Below, piece by piece: positions 1-10,162 of a DNA stretch of 64,000 bases. The stretch lies in contig CP000071.1 in NCBI GenBank assembly GCA_000002445.1, positions 992,001-1,056,000 of the forward strand. The letters are read 5' to 3'. Within the stretch, counting starts at the first letter, position 1. Every line of letters begins with the position of its first letter. The DNA comes from Trypanosoma brucei. Taxonomy: Eukaryota. The notes under the pieces are model-generated. The model ran no database searches, was not told the DNA's origin, and saw only the letters and a program-made list of their open reading frames with translations. Made by a program: the position numbers and the translations under genes.

Positions 1-478
1 GGGGAGGAAGATATTAGGTGTGTTTCCGTAGATTGTCACTTGTCGTTTGAGAAGAAGCGGCTCTCTTCGCTCTACCTGCAGCTGCTTGTACTTGAAGACT
101 ACGTAACGACTCGCTGATACAATGTTATTTTATTTGATAATATCTTAGCGGTTGGAGTTTGCTTTCAATATTTGTAAATAAAACCTGTTTGTGCTCGACT
201 TCTCGTGTTTCCGTTATTTTTTTTTTCTTTCTCCGCGGTACGTAACTCTTCACCGTTTTTGTGGTTGCTGCACTGTGGTATCTATTGTCATGTATGCGAG
301 TGTGCTCATTTAACTGTTGTGATTATTATTAGCGGCACTTCGTGTCTCAAGGCAAACGTGAGTTTTCCCATCTCTTCTGCACTTTGTTTGTTGTCTGTGG
401 TACGTGTTCAGCCATATATACCTATATGTACCTCCTTATGATTTCATTTTTTGCTGTAGTTGGGTCCAGAGGGGTAAC

Positions 479-2554
479 ATGAGGCGGTTATTTGTAACCA
501 CTGCTTCTACGTTGTGTCGCTCGCTTCATTGTACCGACACAAGAACTGGTGGGGCTGGTAAAGAGTCCACACCGGCTGAGGTGCAATGCGAGATGACGCT
601 GCAATGCAGTGATGAGAGCGGGTGCTCCCCGTTTTTAAGTTCACTTTTGAGCCCTGTCGAGACAGTGCCTCTGCATGATGTCACGAGAACTTACTCGACG
701 ATGGATGTGGTGGACCCACCTGCTCGCTACAACCCAATGGTCCCAAATGTTGAACCGTCATCTTCTTCGGCTGGTCACATGGAGCAGATGTTGGAGAACG
801 AAGAGGAAGAAGGACCTGTTGCTTGCGCGCATAAGAATGGAAAGCTGTGGGGCGTGTTTGAGGGATCCGAAGACAATAAACCACCTGCTTGGTTTTATCG
901 ACTATGTAAAGATTTGTTTTATCGAACGAATAGCGAAGACAATATGGATGATGCCGCGTTGGTAAGTGATATCGAGCCCAGTCATTACATTTCTTCCACA
1001 GAGAATCTTCACATTGACGGATGTGATACCACCCAACGGTCTGCTGAAGCTGGTACTGATGTCAGGGATGGCGTGGATCCGTACGTATGGATTCCGTTCA
1101 ACCTGCTTGATGAGGCTGACTACCACGTCGGACCATATCGATTCCCAAGTACGGCAACATACACCCATGAACAACGCACATTGCTGTGTTTAGGGGACAC
1201 CCGCCGGGAGTACGTCCACTTCTGCGATTCCTATGCATTTCCCGGTCGCGCCCAGATTCCGACATCTGTCGGTACGTGTCCGTCAAAACTATATGTTAAC
1301 CCGAAACAGCAGCAACCTGTTGTCTACATTCAACTCAGCAATGACATTCCACCTGCTATGTGGCTTCCTGTTAAGGGAACTGCCGCATCTGTGCGGCGGG
1401 TACTGGCGGAGTTTGCTTCCATGGCGGCGTTACATAGGGACTGGCACCATGACGAGTTTATGGAACGCCACGCAACCGCGGTTCGAATGCTAGAACTTCA
1501 GAGGCTACCAGCTGGAGAGGGAGATATCCTACGATACATGGCGTACGACGCACGGAACGCTCAATTCGCGTTCGCACCCATCCGTGAGTTTCCCAACCAA
1601 CAGGAGTTTTTTCTAGGCGAGCACGACGATCCCGAGAAGCTGATGGAGCATGTCGACCTCTGTCCGCTGTTGTTTGCCATCCCGCATATGCGAACTGTTG
1701 TGGATTTGCACGCTGAGCACATGATACCGACAATCGCTGGACCCGGCGTTGCTACATCGCTCTACCGCTGCATATACTCCAAGGCGCTCCTGTTTGTGCA
1801 AGTACATTTATCATCAGAGGTGAAGCTCCCGCCGCAGGATCCGGAAGCTTTCAAGTTCATGTGGAAGGACTCCCAGGTGTTACCGAAGATGCGCATCCCG
1901 GTTTTCGTTCGTGTCGTGTGGCCGACTAATGAACGAATGAGCGGTGGTGGAGGACTTCTGCGACGGTTTAACCGCCTGTTTGGCACAGAGTTTGCTTCTG
2001 ACATCCCCGTAGATGCGGCGATGGCATTACTGTACGTGATGCAATGGTCTGGGCATATTAAAGACTTCCTTGGTGTTCGTGGTATGAGGCAGCGTCTGGC
2101 TGATCTGCTGCTTGCGTCGCAACAACCAGAACCGACAAAGTTGTATCCGGGTACGAGGGAAATACCAAACCCGGAATACACAGTGGCCGAGCGCCTTGGC
2201 ATGCATGTGCAGTACCTCGCTCAGCTGCACGACCCAGATATTTCTCTCACGATTCAGAGGCTGCTACCGGTCGCTTCAGCACCAGTCCGCATGGGCTGTG
2301 CCAAAGCAGCTTTAATAGCCGGCGATAGGGAATTGTTTCGGCATATTGTGAGCAGTGAGCCACCAGGGCGTATGCAGACATATATGACAAAATTGGTGAG
2401 GAAGCGGAAGACGCGGGATTTGGTTGATGCTGAACCGAGATTACTGGAGGACCAATACGAGTTCGCCGCCCCGCTATGGACGAAGCGGGGCAAACGTCTC
2501 GATAGTAACACTTTGGAGGGTGTTGTGGAGGCTCAATCGAGACTCAGCGGATAA
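479..2554 (+). CDS. Hypothetical protein (~691 aa). No motif recognised. The N-terminus (MRRLFVTTASTLCRSLHC...) is Arg/Ser/Thr-rich and could be a mitochondrial presequence.
   Basis: Long uninterrupted ORF (track 404..2554 starts at GTG; first ATG at 479). Same strand and spacing as neighbouring genes; pyrimidine tract upstream. Confidence 0.6.
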   Translation: MRRLFVTTASTLCRSLHCTDTRTGGAGKESTPAEVQCEMTLQCSDESGCSPFLSSLLSPVETVPLHDVTRTYSTMDVVDPPARYNPMVPNVEPSSSSAGHMEQMLENEEEEGPVACAHKNGKLWGVFEGSEDNKPPAWFYRLCKDLFYRTNSEDNMDDAALVSDIEPSHYISSTENLHIDGCDTTQRSAEAGTDVRDGVDPYVWIPFNLLDEADYHVGPYRFPSTATYTHEQRTLLCLGDTRREYVHFCDSYAFPGRAQIPTSVGTCPSKLYVNPKQQQPVVYIQLSNDIPPAMWLPVKGTAASVRRVLAEFASMAALHRDWHHDEFMERHATAVRMLELQRLPAGEGDILRYMAYDARNAQFAFAPIREFPNQQEFFLGEHDDPEKLMEHVDLCPLLFAIPHMRTVVDLHAEHMIPTIAGPGVATSLYRCIYSKALLFVQVHLSSEVKLPPQDPEAFKFMWKDSQVLPKMRIPVFVRVVWPTNERMSGGGGLLRRFNRLFGTEFASDIPVDAAMALLYVMQWSGHIKDFLGVRGMRQRLADLLLASQQPEPTKLYPGTREIPNPEYTVAERLGMHVQYLAQLHDPDISLTIQRLLPVASAPVRMGCAKAALIAGDRELFRHIVSSEPPGRMQTYMTKLVRKRKTRDLVDAEPRLLEDQYEFAAPLWTKRGKRLDSNTLEGVVEAQSRLSG

Positions 2555-2964
2555 TTAGCGAGTATTAAATCGTTTGGTAGTCACCATTTCCGTGAGGCAT
2601 TGTTTACATTCGCTTAACAAACTAATTTTGGGGACGCAGCATAGGTTAGGGGAGAGGAGTTGTGAATGAAAAGCGCGCGCGGTGTCCTGAGAGGCAGATA
2701 ACTCCAACGCACTTTCTGGAGTACGTCGGAAGGCAGGTTTTCATATCTTTTTAAGGAGGGCTCTTGTCTCGACCTTTTCCTCCTCCTGTGGTTGTGTGTG
2801 CTTGTGCGTCTGCATATTCCACTCCCCTTTCCCCTCTCCACCCATTATATCTTTTGGCCGAGGATACCTTTGCAGCTGCTGAATTCCATCTAATTCTTCT
2901 TGCACTGAATTACGTTCCACGCTTAGGTAAGGCTATCTTGTGGCCTTTTGAACACCGTAGAAGA

Positions 2965-4965
2965 ATGTCGCTAAAGCGCCCTCGTGATGAAGGTGGACAC
3001 GACGACCTCAACACTGGGCGAGAGGAAAATGCACAGCGAAACTTCGATAGTATGGAAGAGCAGGACCAACACACCCCACACCTTTCACTAAGAGAGGCGC
3101 GTTTCTCCGGTCGGTCCATGCAAGAAGGTTTCCACCTTCAACTGGGCGAGTATGAAGAGCCGGACGAAGCGAAGGAAGTGGAAGAGTTGATGAACGGACA
3201 TGAGGACTTCGGCGATTTACCGAAGGAGCGTCAAAAAGCATTGCTTGACGCAGTGCGAGTTTTGGTGAGGAAAGCTGCGGGTATCACAAACAAGAACCAA
3301 CTGGAGCACCTTCGCGTAAAGGCGTCGCGGCTCGTGGGCTTTAAAGACACGGCGCGGAAGTCAGAACTTACGGCGGCGTATCGGCAGTTAGTGCGTGCGG
3401 GTGAAGTGCAGGAATCTGCGGCTGTGGAAGAGCTTCTCTTGCGTAAACGCGGCAAATCGCATAGTGGTGTACTTGTTGTAACGGTGTTTATGGGACCCGG
3501 CCAGTTTTCATGTCCAAAGGACTGTCACTACTGCCCAAATCAGCCAGGTATCGCCCGCTCCTATCTCCTGAAAGAGCCTGGTGTTCTTCGGGGGTACCGT
3601 AACGGTTGGGATCCTATCAGGCAGTTCTATGATCGCGCCAGTGCTCTGGAAAACAATGGCCATGTAGTTGATAAAATTGAGCTCATTATCCTGGGCGGGA
3701 CGTTTTCCTTTTACCCCAAAAAGTATGTGGAGGAGTTTATAACCGGAAACTTCTACGCGGCGAACACATATTATGACTCCACTCCCTTGCGGCCTATTGG
3801 TACTTTGGAGCAGGAAATAACAGCTAATGAAGATGCGCGGTGCCGAATAATTGGCGTGACGATCGAGACCCGGCCTGATTATATAAATTTATCCGAGTTG
3901 AGACGATTCCGATCCCTTGGTGTCACTCGTGTTCAGGTCGGCATACAACACTTGGACGATGACATTCTCACTATCGTTAACCGTGACTGCCCAACTTCCA
4001 AAACCATCGTAGCCATCAAGCGGCTCCTTGACGCGGGATTCAAAGTTGATGCTCACTGGATGCCTGACCTACCAGGGAGCAGCTACTCGAAGGATCATGA
4101 GATGTTTGAGTATTTATTCTCGGAGGACAATGAAAATTTCCAGGTTGATCAATGGAAGGTGTACCCAACGGCGACGGTCCCGTACACAAAGATCGAGGAC
4201 TGGTATCGTACGGGTAAGTACAAACCATACGCAGAGCTGGACGGTGGTTCTTGGATGGTGAAGCTTCTGGTGTACATCATGGAGAATTGCCCCAGGCGGA
4301 TCCGATTGAATCGTATCATTCGAGACATACCGACGACATACATCATGGGTGGCGAGCGGCGGTGTAATCTTCGGCAAGTTATTGAGGCGGAAATGAAGGC
4401 TAAGGGTATCCGGTGCAAAGATATCCGCGAGCGTGAGTGCAAAGGGGCGCCTGTGGACAGAAATCAGACAAAAGTGTTTGTTAATGAGTTTCGCGCCAGT
4501 GGAGGAACGGAGTTTTACCTTTCCGTGGAGAACATGGAACAGACAATTCTTTACGGTCATCTGCGCCTTCGCCTGCGTGATGACAGTGGCGAATCGAATT
4601 CGCTCGTGAAGGCACTGGAGGGCTGCGCACTGATTCGTGAACTGCATACTTATGGTAAGTTGATTGCTGTATCGCGGCCCAATTCGGGTAATGAAGCTCA
4701 GCATATGGGTGTGGGCACACAACTAATGCGGGAGGCAGAACGAATTGCCATCGAGCGTGGGTTCATGAAAATTGCAGTTATTGCCGGTGTGGGTGTCCGG
4801 CGTTACTACGCAAAGCTTGGCTATAAGTTAGAGGACACATACATGGTGAAACAGCTCACTGCAGATAAAGGAAGCACTATAACGGAGGAGCAAGTGGAGC
4901 AGGATGACGATAATGATAATGGCGGCTTCATTTCTATGCTGAAGGGATTTATGTTCGGTAAATGA
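2965..4965 (+). CDS. ELP3: Elongator complex protein 3 (radical SAM domain plus C-terminal GNAT acetyltransferase domain)
   Basis: Radical SAM CxxxCxxC motif 'CPKDCHYCPNQPG'. C-terminal GNAT motif 'QHMGVGTQLMREAERIAIERGF...AGVGVRRYYAKLGY'. Overall collinearity with ELP3 as I recall it. Start set at ATG 2965 (MSLKRPRDE...); the track ORF begins further upstream at 2764. Confidence 0.9.
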   Translation: MSLKRPRDEGGHDDLNTGREENAQRNFDSMEEQDQHTPHLSLREARFSGRSMQEGFHLQLGEYEEPDEAKEVEELMNGHEDFGDLPKERQKALLDAVRVLVRKAAGITNKNQLEHLRVKASRLVGFKDTARKSELTAAYRQLVRAGEVQESAAVEELLLRKRGKSHSGVLVVTVFMGPGQFSCPKDCHYCPNQPGIARSYLLKEPGVLRGYRNGWDPIRQFYDRASALENNGHVVDKIELIILGGTFSFYPKKYVEEFITGNFYAANTYYDSTPLRPIGTLEQEITANEDARCRIIGVTIETRPDYINLSELRRFRSLGVTRVQVGIQHLDDDILTIVNRDCPTSKTIVAIKRLLDAGFKVDAHWMPDLPGSSYSKDHEMFEYLFSEDNENFQVDQWKVYPTATVPYTKIEDWYRTGKYKPYAELDGGSWMVKLLVYIMENCPRRIRLNRIIRDIPTTYIMGGERRCNLRQVIEAEMKAKGIRCKDIRERECKGAPVDRNQTKVFVNEFRASGGTEFYLSVENMEQTILYGHLRLRLRDDSGESNSLVKALEGCALIRELHTYGKLIAVSRPNSGNEAQHMGVGTQLMREAERIAIERGFMKIAVIAGVGVRRYYAKLGYKLEDTYMVKQLTADKGSTITEEQVEQDDDNDNGGFISMLKGFMFGK

Positions 4966-5488
4966 GTGAACGATCGTGGTTTACTGCTTCAGCGCAGTGA
5001 GCTGCGCGCTCGTCCCTCATGAATACACACGTGCCGCTTTTTCTCTCAATATTGTCAGAGCGCAATAACGAGGAGGGAGGGGGTTATTGCCTCGTGTTGC
5101 ATGCAGACCGATCGGTACCGGCGCTGTCCAGAAAGCCGCGGGCATCTCTTGTTGGAACGCGGAATTTTTCCTTAACTACTTCGGTGGCCCCTGAGGGTTT
5201 GGGAGCGCTCCCGCTGATGGGGTTCCTTTGGCCGCCGTAACCTGCAAACTTCTTTGTGTAGTGGCTTGCCGTTTTTCCCGCTCCCTCATGCTTCCTACAC
5301 GACATATAAACTTTGCCTTTATTTCTCCCCTCCTCGGTGTCCTCTATTTGTACACCACGAATATCTCCATCCGGATAGGGCAGTACAGTACAGGCCGTAC
5401 ATTGAGGGCAAGCCAGTGTTTTGGGTACACGAGGTATAGTTCAGTAACGCAAAAAAAAAAAAAAAGAAGCCTAGGCTCCCTTGAAGTT

Positions 5489-6697
5489 ATGTGGAGGTTT
5501 GGTGCCTCCTCCACAGGTTTGAAGGCCGGTTCCCCGCTGGTTGGGTCGGCGTCCCGCCGCTGCGGCTCAACAGCAACTCCTTCGAGGCGGCGCAGCGGGT
5601 TCTTCAAAATGGGTGACATGTACAAACCCGGTCGTTACACTTCGAAAGATCTACCAAAAGGCCCAAGTGGGTCTAACCAACCGTGGGATCCCGTGTACGC
5701 CAACTACGCCTTCCAGCTCGTAACGGGCCCTCTAAAGCGGAAACAAAACACCACACCAGATGACCATCTCACTGTCGACGAGCTTGACAAGTGGATGGAT
5801 GCGAAAGGTGCCGCCAAGGTTCTTGGAATTAAAGAAGAGGAGCTTCCGACATTGACGGCACCCGCGGTGGAAGAGTATTGGGCAAAAGCATACGGTCAGC
5901 GGAACAACGCTCATCAACAGGAAACTGTTATTGCGGCTGAAGTGTTACTAGAGTATATCGACTCAACCGTACACCGCAAGAAGAGTCGGCAGTACTACCG
6001 ACGGTATATGGATAACGCAAGGCAGGCTATCGATCATGAAACTGAAATGCGTCGTAGCGAACATCGTCAAAAATTCATACATCTCTTTGGTGTGGCGATG
6101 TTTACGGGTTCAGCAATAGTGGTAATCATTGCGTTCTTTCGTGGTTACTTCACACGTCAGGATGTGGAAAAGATAGGGACTGACGCGGCTGCATATCTCA
6201 ACATGGTGTTTTCGCAACCACCAAATCTGGAGCCACCACCAGATTACTCCACGCGATATCGTGACACTCCGCCAGCTATGGAGCTTGCAAAACAACAAGG
6301 CGTGTATGGAGTTGTTGACCCTGCTCGCCTTTCTAACCTCTCTAAGGATGTGAAGCAGTACCGTGCGGATGAGGAAATGGAGATGCTTCGGATGCTGAAC
6401 GATGAGAACGATAAGGCGCGACAAAGGCGGAAGGGGGATCAGGTGCGGGAGAGTCGCGTGGTTGTGTACCGCGCTGGTGACTTTGATGATGCAGGTGAAC
6501 TAAAGGATCTGGCGAAGGAAAAGGAGGCGGTGAAGCCTTTGTCCGCTTTTTCTCAACAATCATTCCGTGACTTTGCTGCTTTGATGGCTTCACAGTTTGG
6601 TGGAGGTTCACGGTTTCAACGCATTACGCAGGACAGCGTTCGGCGCGCGGAAGAAATGGAGAGGATGCAGAAGCGTATGAATGAAATTGAAGAGTAG
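5489..6697 (+). CDS. Hypothetical single-pass membrane protein with a C-terminal coiled-coil/charged region. The N-terminus (MWRFGASSTGLKAGSPLVGSASRRCGS...RRRSGFF) resembles a mitochondrial presequence.
   Basis: Long ORF (track 5228..6697). The first in-frame ATG with a sensible upstream pyrimidine/AG context is at 5489; an alternative ATG is at 5609 (MGDMYKPGRY). One hydrophobic helix, 'LFGVAMFTGSAIVVIIAFFRGYF'. Confidence 0.55.
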   Translation: MWRFGASSTGLKAGSPLVGSASRRCGSTATPSRRRSGFFKMGDMYKPGRYTSKDLPKGPSGSNQPWDPVYANYAFQLVTGPLKRKQNTTPDDHLTVDELDKWMDAKGAAKVLGIKEEELPTLTAPAVEEYWAKAYGQRNNAHQQETVIAAEVLLEYIDSTVHRKKSRQYYRRYMDNARQAIDHETEMRRSEHRQKFIHLFGVAMFTGSAIVVIIAFFRGYFTRQDVEKIGTDAAAYLNMVFSQPPNLEPPPDYSTRYRDTPPAMELAKQQGVYGVVDPARLSNLSKDVKQYRADEEMEMLRMLNDENDKARQRRKGDQVRESRVVVYRAGDFDDAGELKDLAKEKEAVKPLSAFSQQSFRDFAALMASQFGGGSRFQRITQDSVRRAEEMERMQKRMNEIEE

Positions 6698-7072
6698 GGA
6701 TGTTGGTTTGGGGCCTGACGTTAAGTGACATCGGATTGTTTATTGAAGTGTTACTACCACCGGTACCTCGTGGGCCAGGCTCCGTAACGGAGGCCCACAT
6801 GCGCCCCATTGTGGGTGATACGGCTTATGTGGGGTATGAGTTCTGTGGGTTGACATTACGTTTAACTTCCCTAACTTTCTTCAATCGTCATTTGATTACA
6901 CATATCTGTGTATGTGTGCGGAGTTTCTGTTGTTCGCGACTTTCCGTGTGTTATCCCCCTCTTTAATTGTTGCATGCGCAAACTGAGAAATCTTTTCCTT
7001 TTATTCTTAGTTACAGCACCCAGGTTTATACAGCACGAAAGTGGACTCACCTTCCTGTTCGGCTCCGCGCAA

Positions 7073-7996
7073 ATGTCTCGCACCATAAAGAAGGAAAAAG
7101 ACACAAAGCCGACCCATACTTCTGTCGCTCTTGCATCCTCCTGCGCGACATTTGCTACCAAGTCGCTGCTGCATCCCATAGACACGACTAAATGCCGGAT
7201 ACAGCATTCAGTGGGGAAAACATTGCGTTCGTTGCATCGAGAGTATCGTGGCAAATGGGGGCCTAGGTATTTATATGGTGGATTGCCCGTCAAGTTACTC
7301 TTTAGTGTTCCATACCAGTCCCTGTACATGACAACATATGCTGCCGCTAGTGGTGCATTACTTCCCGATGGCACTGCCAGTCCTCACAGTTATTGGGTGT
7401 TTTTAGGAGGAACTATAGGTGCTGCTTGTGCCGCTGAACTCGCTGGCTGCGTCTTGCGCGTGCCAATGGAAACTATGAAGATGCGATTGCAGGCGGGAGT
7501 GGTGTTAAACACCGCGGCTGCTTTTCGTCAGATGCGGATGCATGGACTTCACGGTTTTCGTAGGATGGTGCTGTCACAGACGCTTTTGCACGATATTCCC
7601 TACAGCGCCACGCAGTGGATTGTATATGAAAGCCTTCGGCCCTGGACTACTCAGCTGCTGAAGAATCAAAAGTCAGATGAGCAATCTGCCTCCGGTGTGG
7701 GCCCGATGTCGCGGTGGTATTCTTACGCACAGACCTTTTTGCGCACAGTCCTAAGCGGTGGATTTAGTGCTCTAATCGCTTCGACTGTCACTGTTCCACT
7801 TGATGTTATGAGGACACGAACAGTTGTTGCCGCTGCTGCAGATCCCAATATAACCATTTCTGCTGTTGCCCGTGATGCTTACAGGCGGGGAGGTGCGCGT
7901 GCCTTTGTTCGAGGCTCGGCCACACGTGTGCTTTGGGTGACCAGTAACATGGCTGTCTACTTTCCACTCTTTGAGCTTTTCACCACTTGCATGTAG
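7073..7996 (+). CDS. Mitochondrial carrier family (SLC25-like) protein
   Basis: Repeated carrier signature motifs Px[DE]xx[KR]: 'PIDTTKCRIQ', 'PMETMKMRLQ', 'PLDVMRTRTVV'. Tripartite ~100-aa repeat architecture with hydrophobic helices. Start set at ATG 7073 (MSRTIKKEKD...). Confidence 0.85.
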   Translation: MSRTIKKEKDTKPTHTSVALASSCATFATKSLLHPIDTTKCRIQHSVGKTLRSLHREYRGKWGPRYLYGGLPVKLLFSVPYQSLYMTTYAAASGALLPDGTASPHSYWVFLGGTIGAACAAELAGCVLRVPMETMKMRLQAGVVLNTAAAFRQMRMHGLHGFRRMVLSQTLLHDIPYSATQWIVYESLRPWTTQLLKNQKSDEQSASGVGPMSRWYSYAQTFLRTVLSGGFSALIASTVTVPLDVMRTRTVVAAAADPNITISAVARDAYRRGGARAFVRGSATRVLWVTSNMAVYFPLFELFTTCM

Positions 7997-9109
7997 GACG
8001 GGGATGAAGGATGAATTAGTATGGGTAAATAGAACATTTTAGGTGCGTGGAAAAAGGAAGTCAAAAGCGGTGTTAATAATTAGGAGTTGTGGTATATACA
8101 TGTGTATGTTTACATTTATGTTTCAATACCATTATTACTATTAAATTTTTTTTCTCGTAATGACTATTTTCACACAGTTTAATCTCTAAATTACACCTTA
8201 CCTTCTGTGGATTTACCCACATTCACTTTCATATTTTATTCTTTCATCTATTCGGCCCTTTGATTGACGGGTGCTGAGGAGGACACAAAAAAAAATTTCT
8301 CTTGAGAGAAGGAACAGAACTGGAGACGAAAAAAGGGTACGGCAAGAGAAAGGAGGGGACGTGCCGATGCCGTTCAACTTATCATCGTCAGTGCCACTGT
8401 ATTTAAACGTTGGCATTAATAGCAGACCGCTAACGTTGATGCGCGCCTTATTATTGTTGTTATTTTAAACGTATATTAATAATGATAAATACGTAAATAT
8501 TTGTACATGTATATATCTGTACGTGTGCGGTCGTGCGGGTTGATAGGAACTTGAGAACAATAAACGGGTAAAAGCTTCTTGTGCGCTGTGATAACATCCA
8601 AATCATCCCCTCTTCCTATTGGCAGGATGGTCATGTTTTGTACAATAATACTTATCCATTTGTTAAACCGTTTATTCATTTCGGTAGCGAGTACTAAAGT
8701 AAGAGAGGGAATGTCCGCGAATACCTCTGTTACTTGTGTTTGGAAACTCGTATAATTTTACCGGTTTATTGCAATGATCGTGACGGTCACCGCCAACAGC
8801 ACTGAGACATCCCGCTTTTTCTCCTTCCCCTTTCTTTTTCAATCACATTTTTCTTTCTTTATGCATTCATGTGGAGGGCGAACTCACCTTTTCGTTCTTG
8901 AGAAGAAGCTGTGGCGCCGGAGGTGAAAAAATTTTTCAAATTGGAATAAGTATTACGGCTTGTGGGAGCGAAGGAAGGATAAAGGGGTGAAAAAACCATA
9001 TCGTCACTAATCACAACAACTGCAACAATAATAATAATAATAACAATAACTGACGCGGCCGTGCAGCTGTCAGCAACGCAAGGGAAAAGGAAGGAGAGTG
9101 GTGGAACAG

Positions 9110-10162
9110 ATGGAGGGACACGGAATTGATGTGAAGAGCGCATGGGTTGAGTTTACTGCAGAGTTATGTGATGAGTTGAACGATGCCCGCTGTCTTGGAG
9201 TTGCTGCCGCTACACCAGAGGAAGCTTCGGGTATTTGCGCCCTCGTTGATGAGGCATGTGCCAGCCTTGTTAGTGCAAAGGATGAAACGGAGTTTCTGTT
9301 TCCTTTGAACTCGTTGATGCACACGACGCGCGTATGCTTCACGAATGAAAATAACATAAAAAAATTAGAGGAATGCACTGCTGTTTATGGTCGTGTGCCA
9401 ATGGTTATGCTCCTTGAGATGAAAGAAAACCGCTCCTTTGTATTAGATTTTACTCCGGGAACATCTGTGGCAGACGTTGAGGAGTTTCTCAGCGGTGTTG
9501 CACGCGGCACCGTTGCAAAAGCACTTCAAGGCGCTGCACCTCCCTCAGATGACCACTTTCAGCCAGTTGAGGGAATCACACTTCGTCATGGTCTCTGTGC
9601 TGTGACGAGTACAATAGAGCGACTCAAGCATCAACAGCCCGGCGGCGCCCTCTGCATATTTTGGAGTCACCGCTGTTCAATGTGTCCCCATATGATGCTT
9701 CTGCTAGACGCCTCTGTTGGTGCCTTGCGGCGGGAGCTACAACGTCACGGCACTGAGCAGACCTTCACTTACATGTGTTGTGACGTTGACGAAAATGATT
9801 TGCCGGAGGAAGTCTTTCCGAGGGCTCAGGAGGGAGAAGAAGTGACGGTTCCCCAAATTGTGGCGTTCAACAGTGCTGGTGAGCGTTTTGTTTATGACGG
9901 CCGTCGCACAGCACCTTCCATCATGTCGTTTGCGTGGGAACACTGCGTCCCAAAGGAGGTGAGAGATGCAACGGATATCAAAAGGAGTGTGATGAAGGCT
10001 GTTGAGTCGGTGTGCATTGAAGAACTTCTGAATAGTGACGTATCAGCGAGAGTGAGTGGTGATGTTGCAACAGCAGAAGTGGGAAATGGGCTGTCGCATG
10101 GGGGAGAGATGGAGGAAAAACTGAAGGACCGTAAGAGGCCCCGGTGCGTGGGTTCCGAGTGA
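9110..10162 (+). CDS. Hypothetical protein with a thioredoxin-like domain (non-canonical CxxC, 'WSHRCSMCPHM')
   Basis: The track ORF starts at GTG 9098; first ATG at 9110. 'LCIFWSHRCSMCPHMMLLLD ... TVPQIVAF ... G' matches the thioredoxin-fold pattern (WCxxC ... cis-Pro TVPTI.xF ... G). Confidence 0.5.
   Translation: MEGHGIDVKSAWVEFTAELCDELNDARCLGVAAATPEEASGICALVDEACASLVSAKDETEFLFPLNSLMHTTRVCFTNENNIKKLEECTAVYGRVPMVMLLEMKENRSFVLDFTPGTSVADVEEFLSGVARGTVAKALQGAAPPSDDHFQPVEGITLRHGLCAVTSTIERLKHQQPGGALCIFWSHRCSMCPHMMLLLDASVGALRRELQRHGTEQTFTYMCCDVDENDLPEEVFPRAQEGEEVTVPQIVAFNSAGERFVYDGRRTAPSIMSFAWEHCVPKEVRDATDIKRSVMKAVESVCIEELLNSDVSARVSGDVATAEVGNGLSHGGEMEEKLKDRKRPRCVGSE

Noticed and set aside
4114-4722. 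Minus-strand ORFs inside annotated + strand genes. Examples: 4114..4722 (202 aa) in ELP3, 22176..22796 (206 aa) in the DHHC gene, 13940..14311 in the helicase, and 46777..47226 in the large hypothetical gene.
   Set aside because: They are antisense to well-supported coding regions, lack motifs, and oppose the uniform + strand polycistronic organisation. Treated as chance ORFs.
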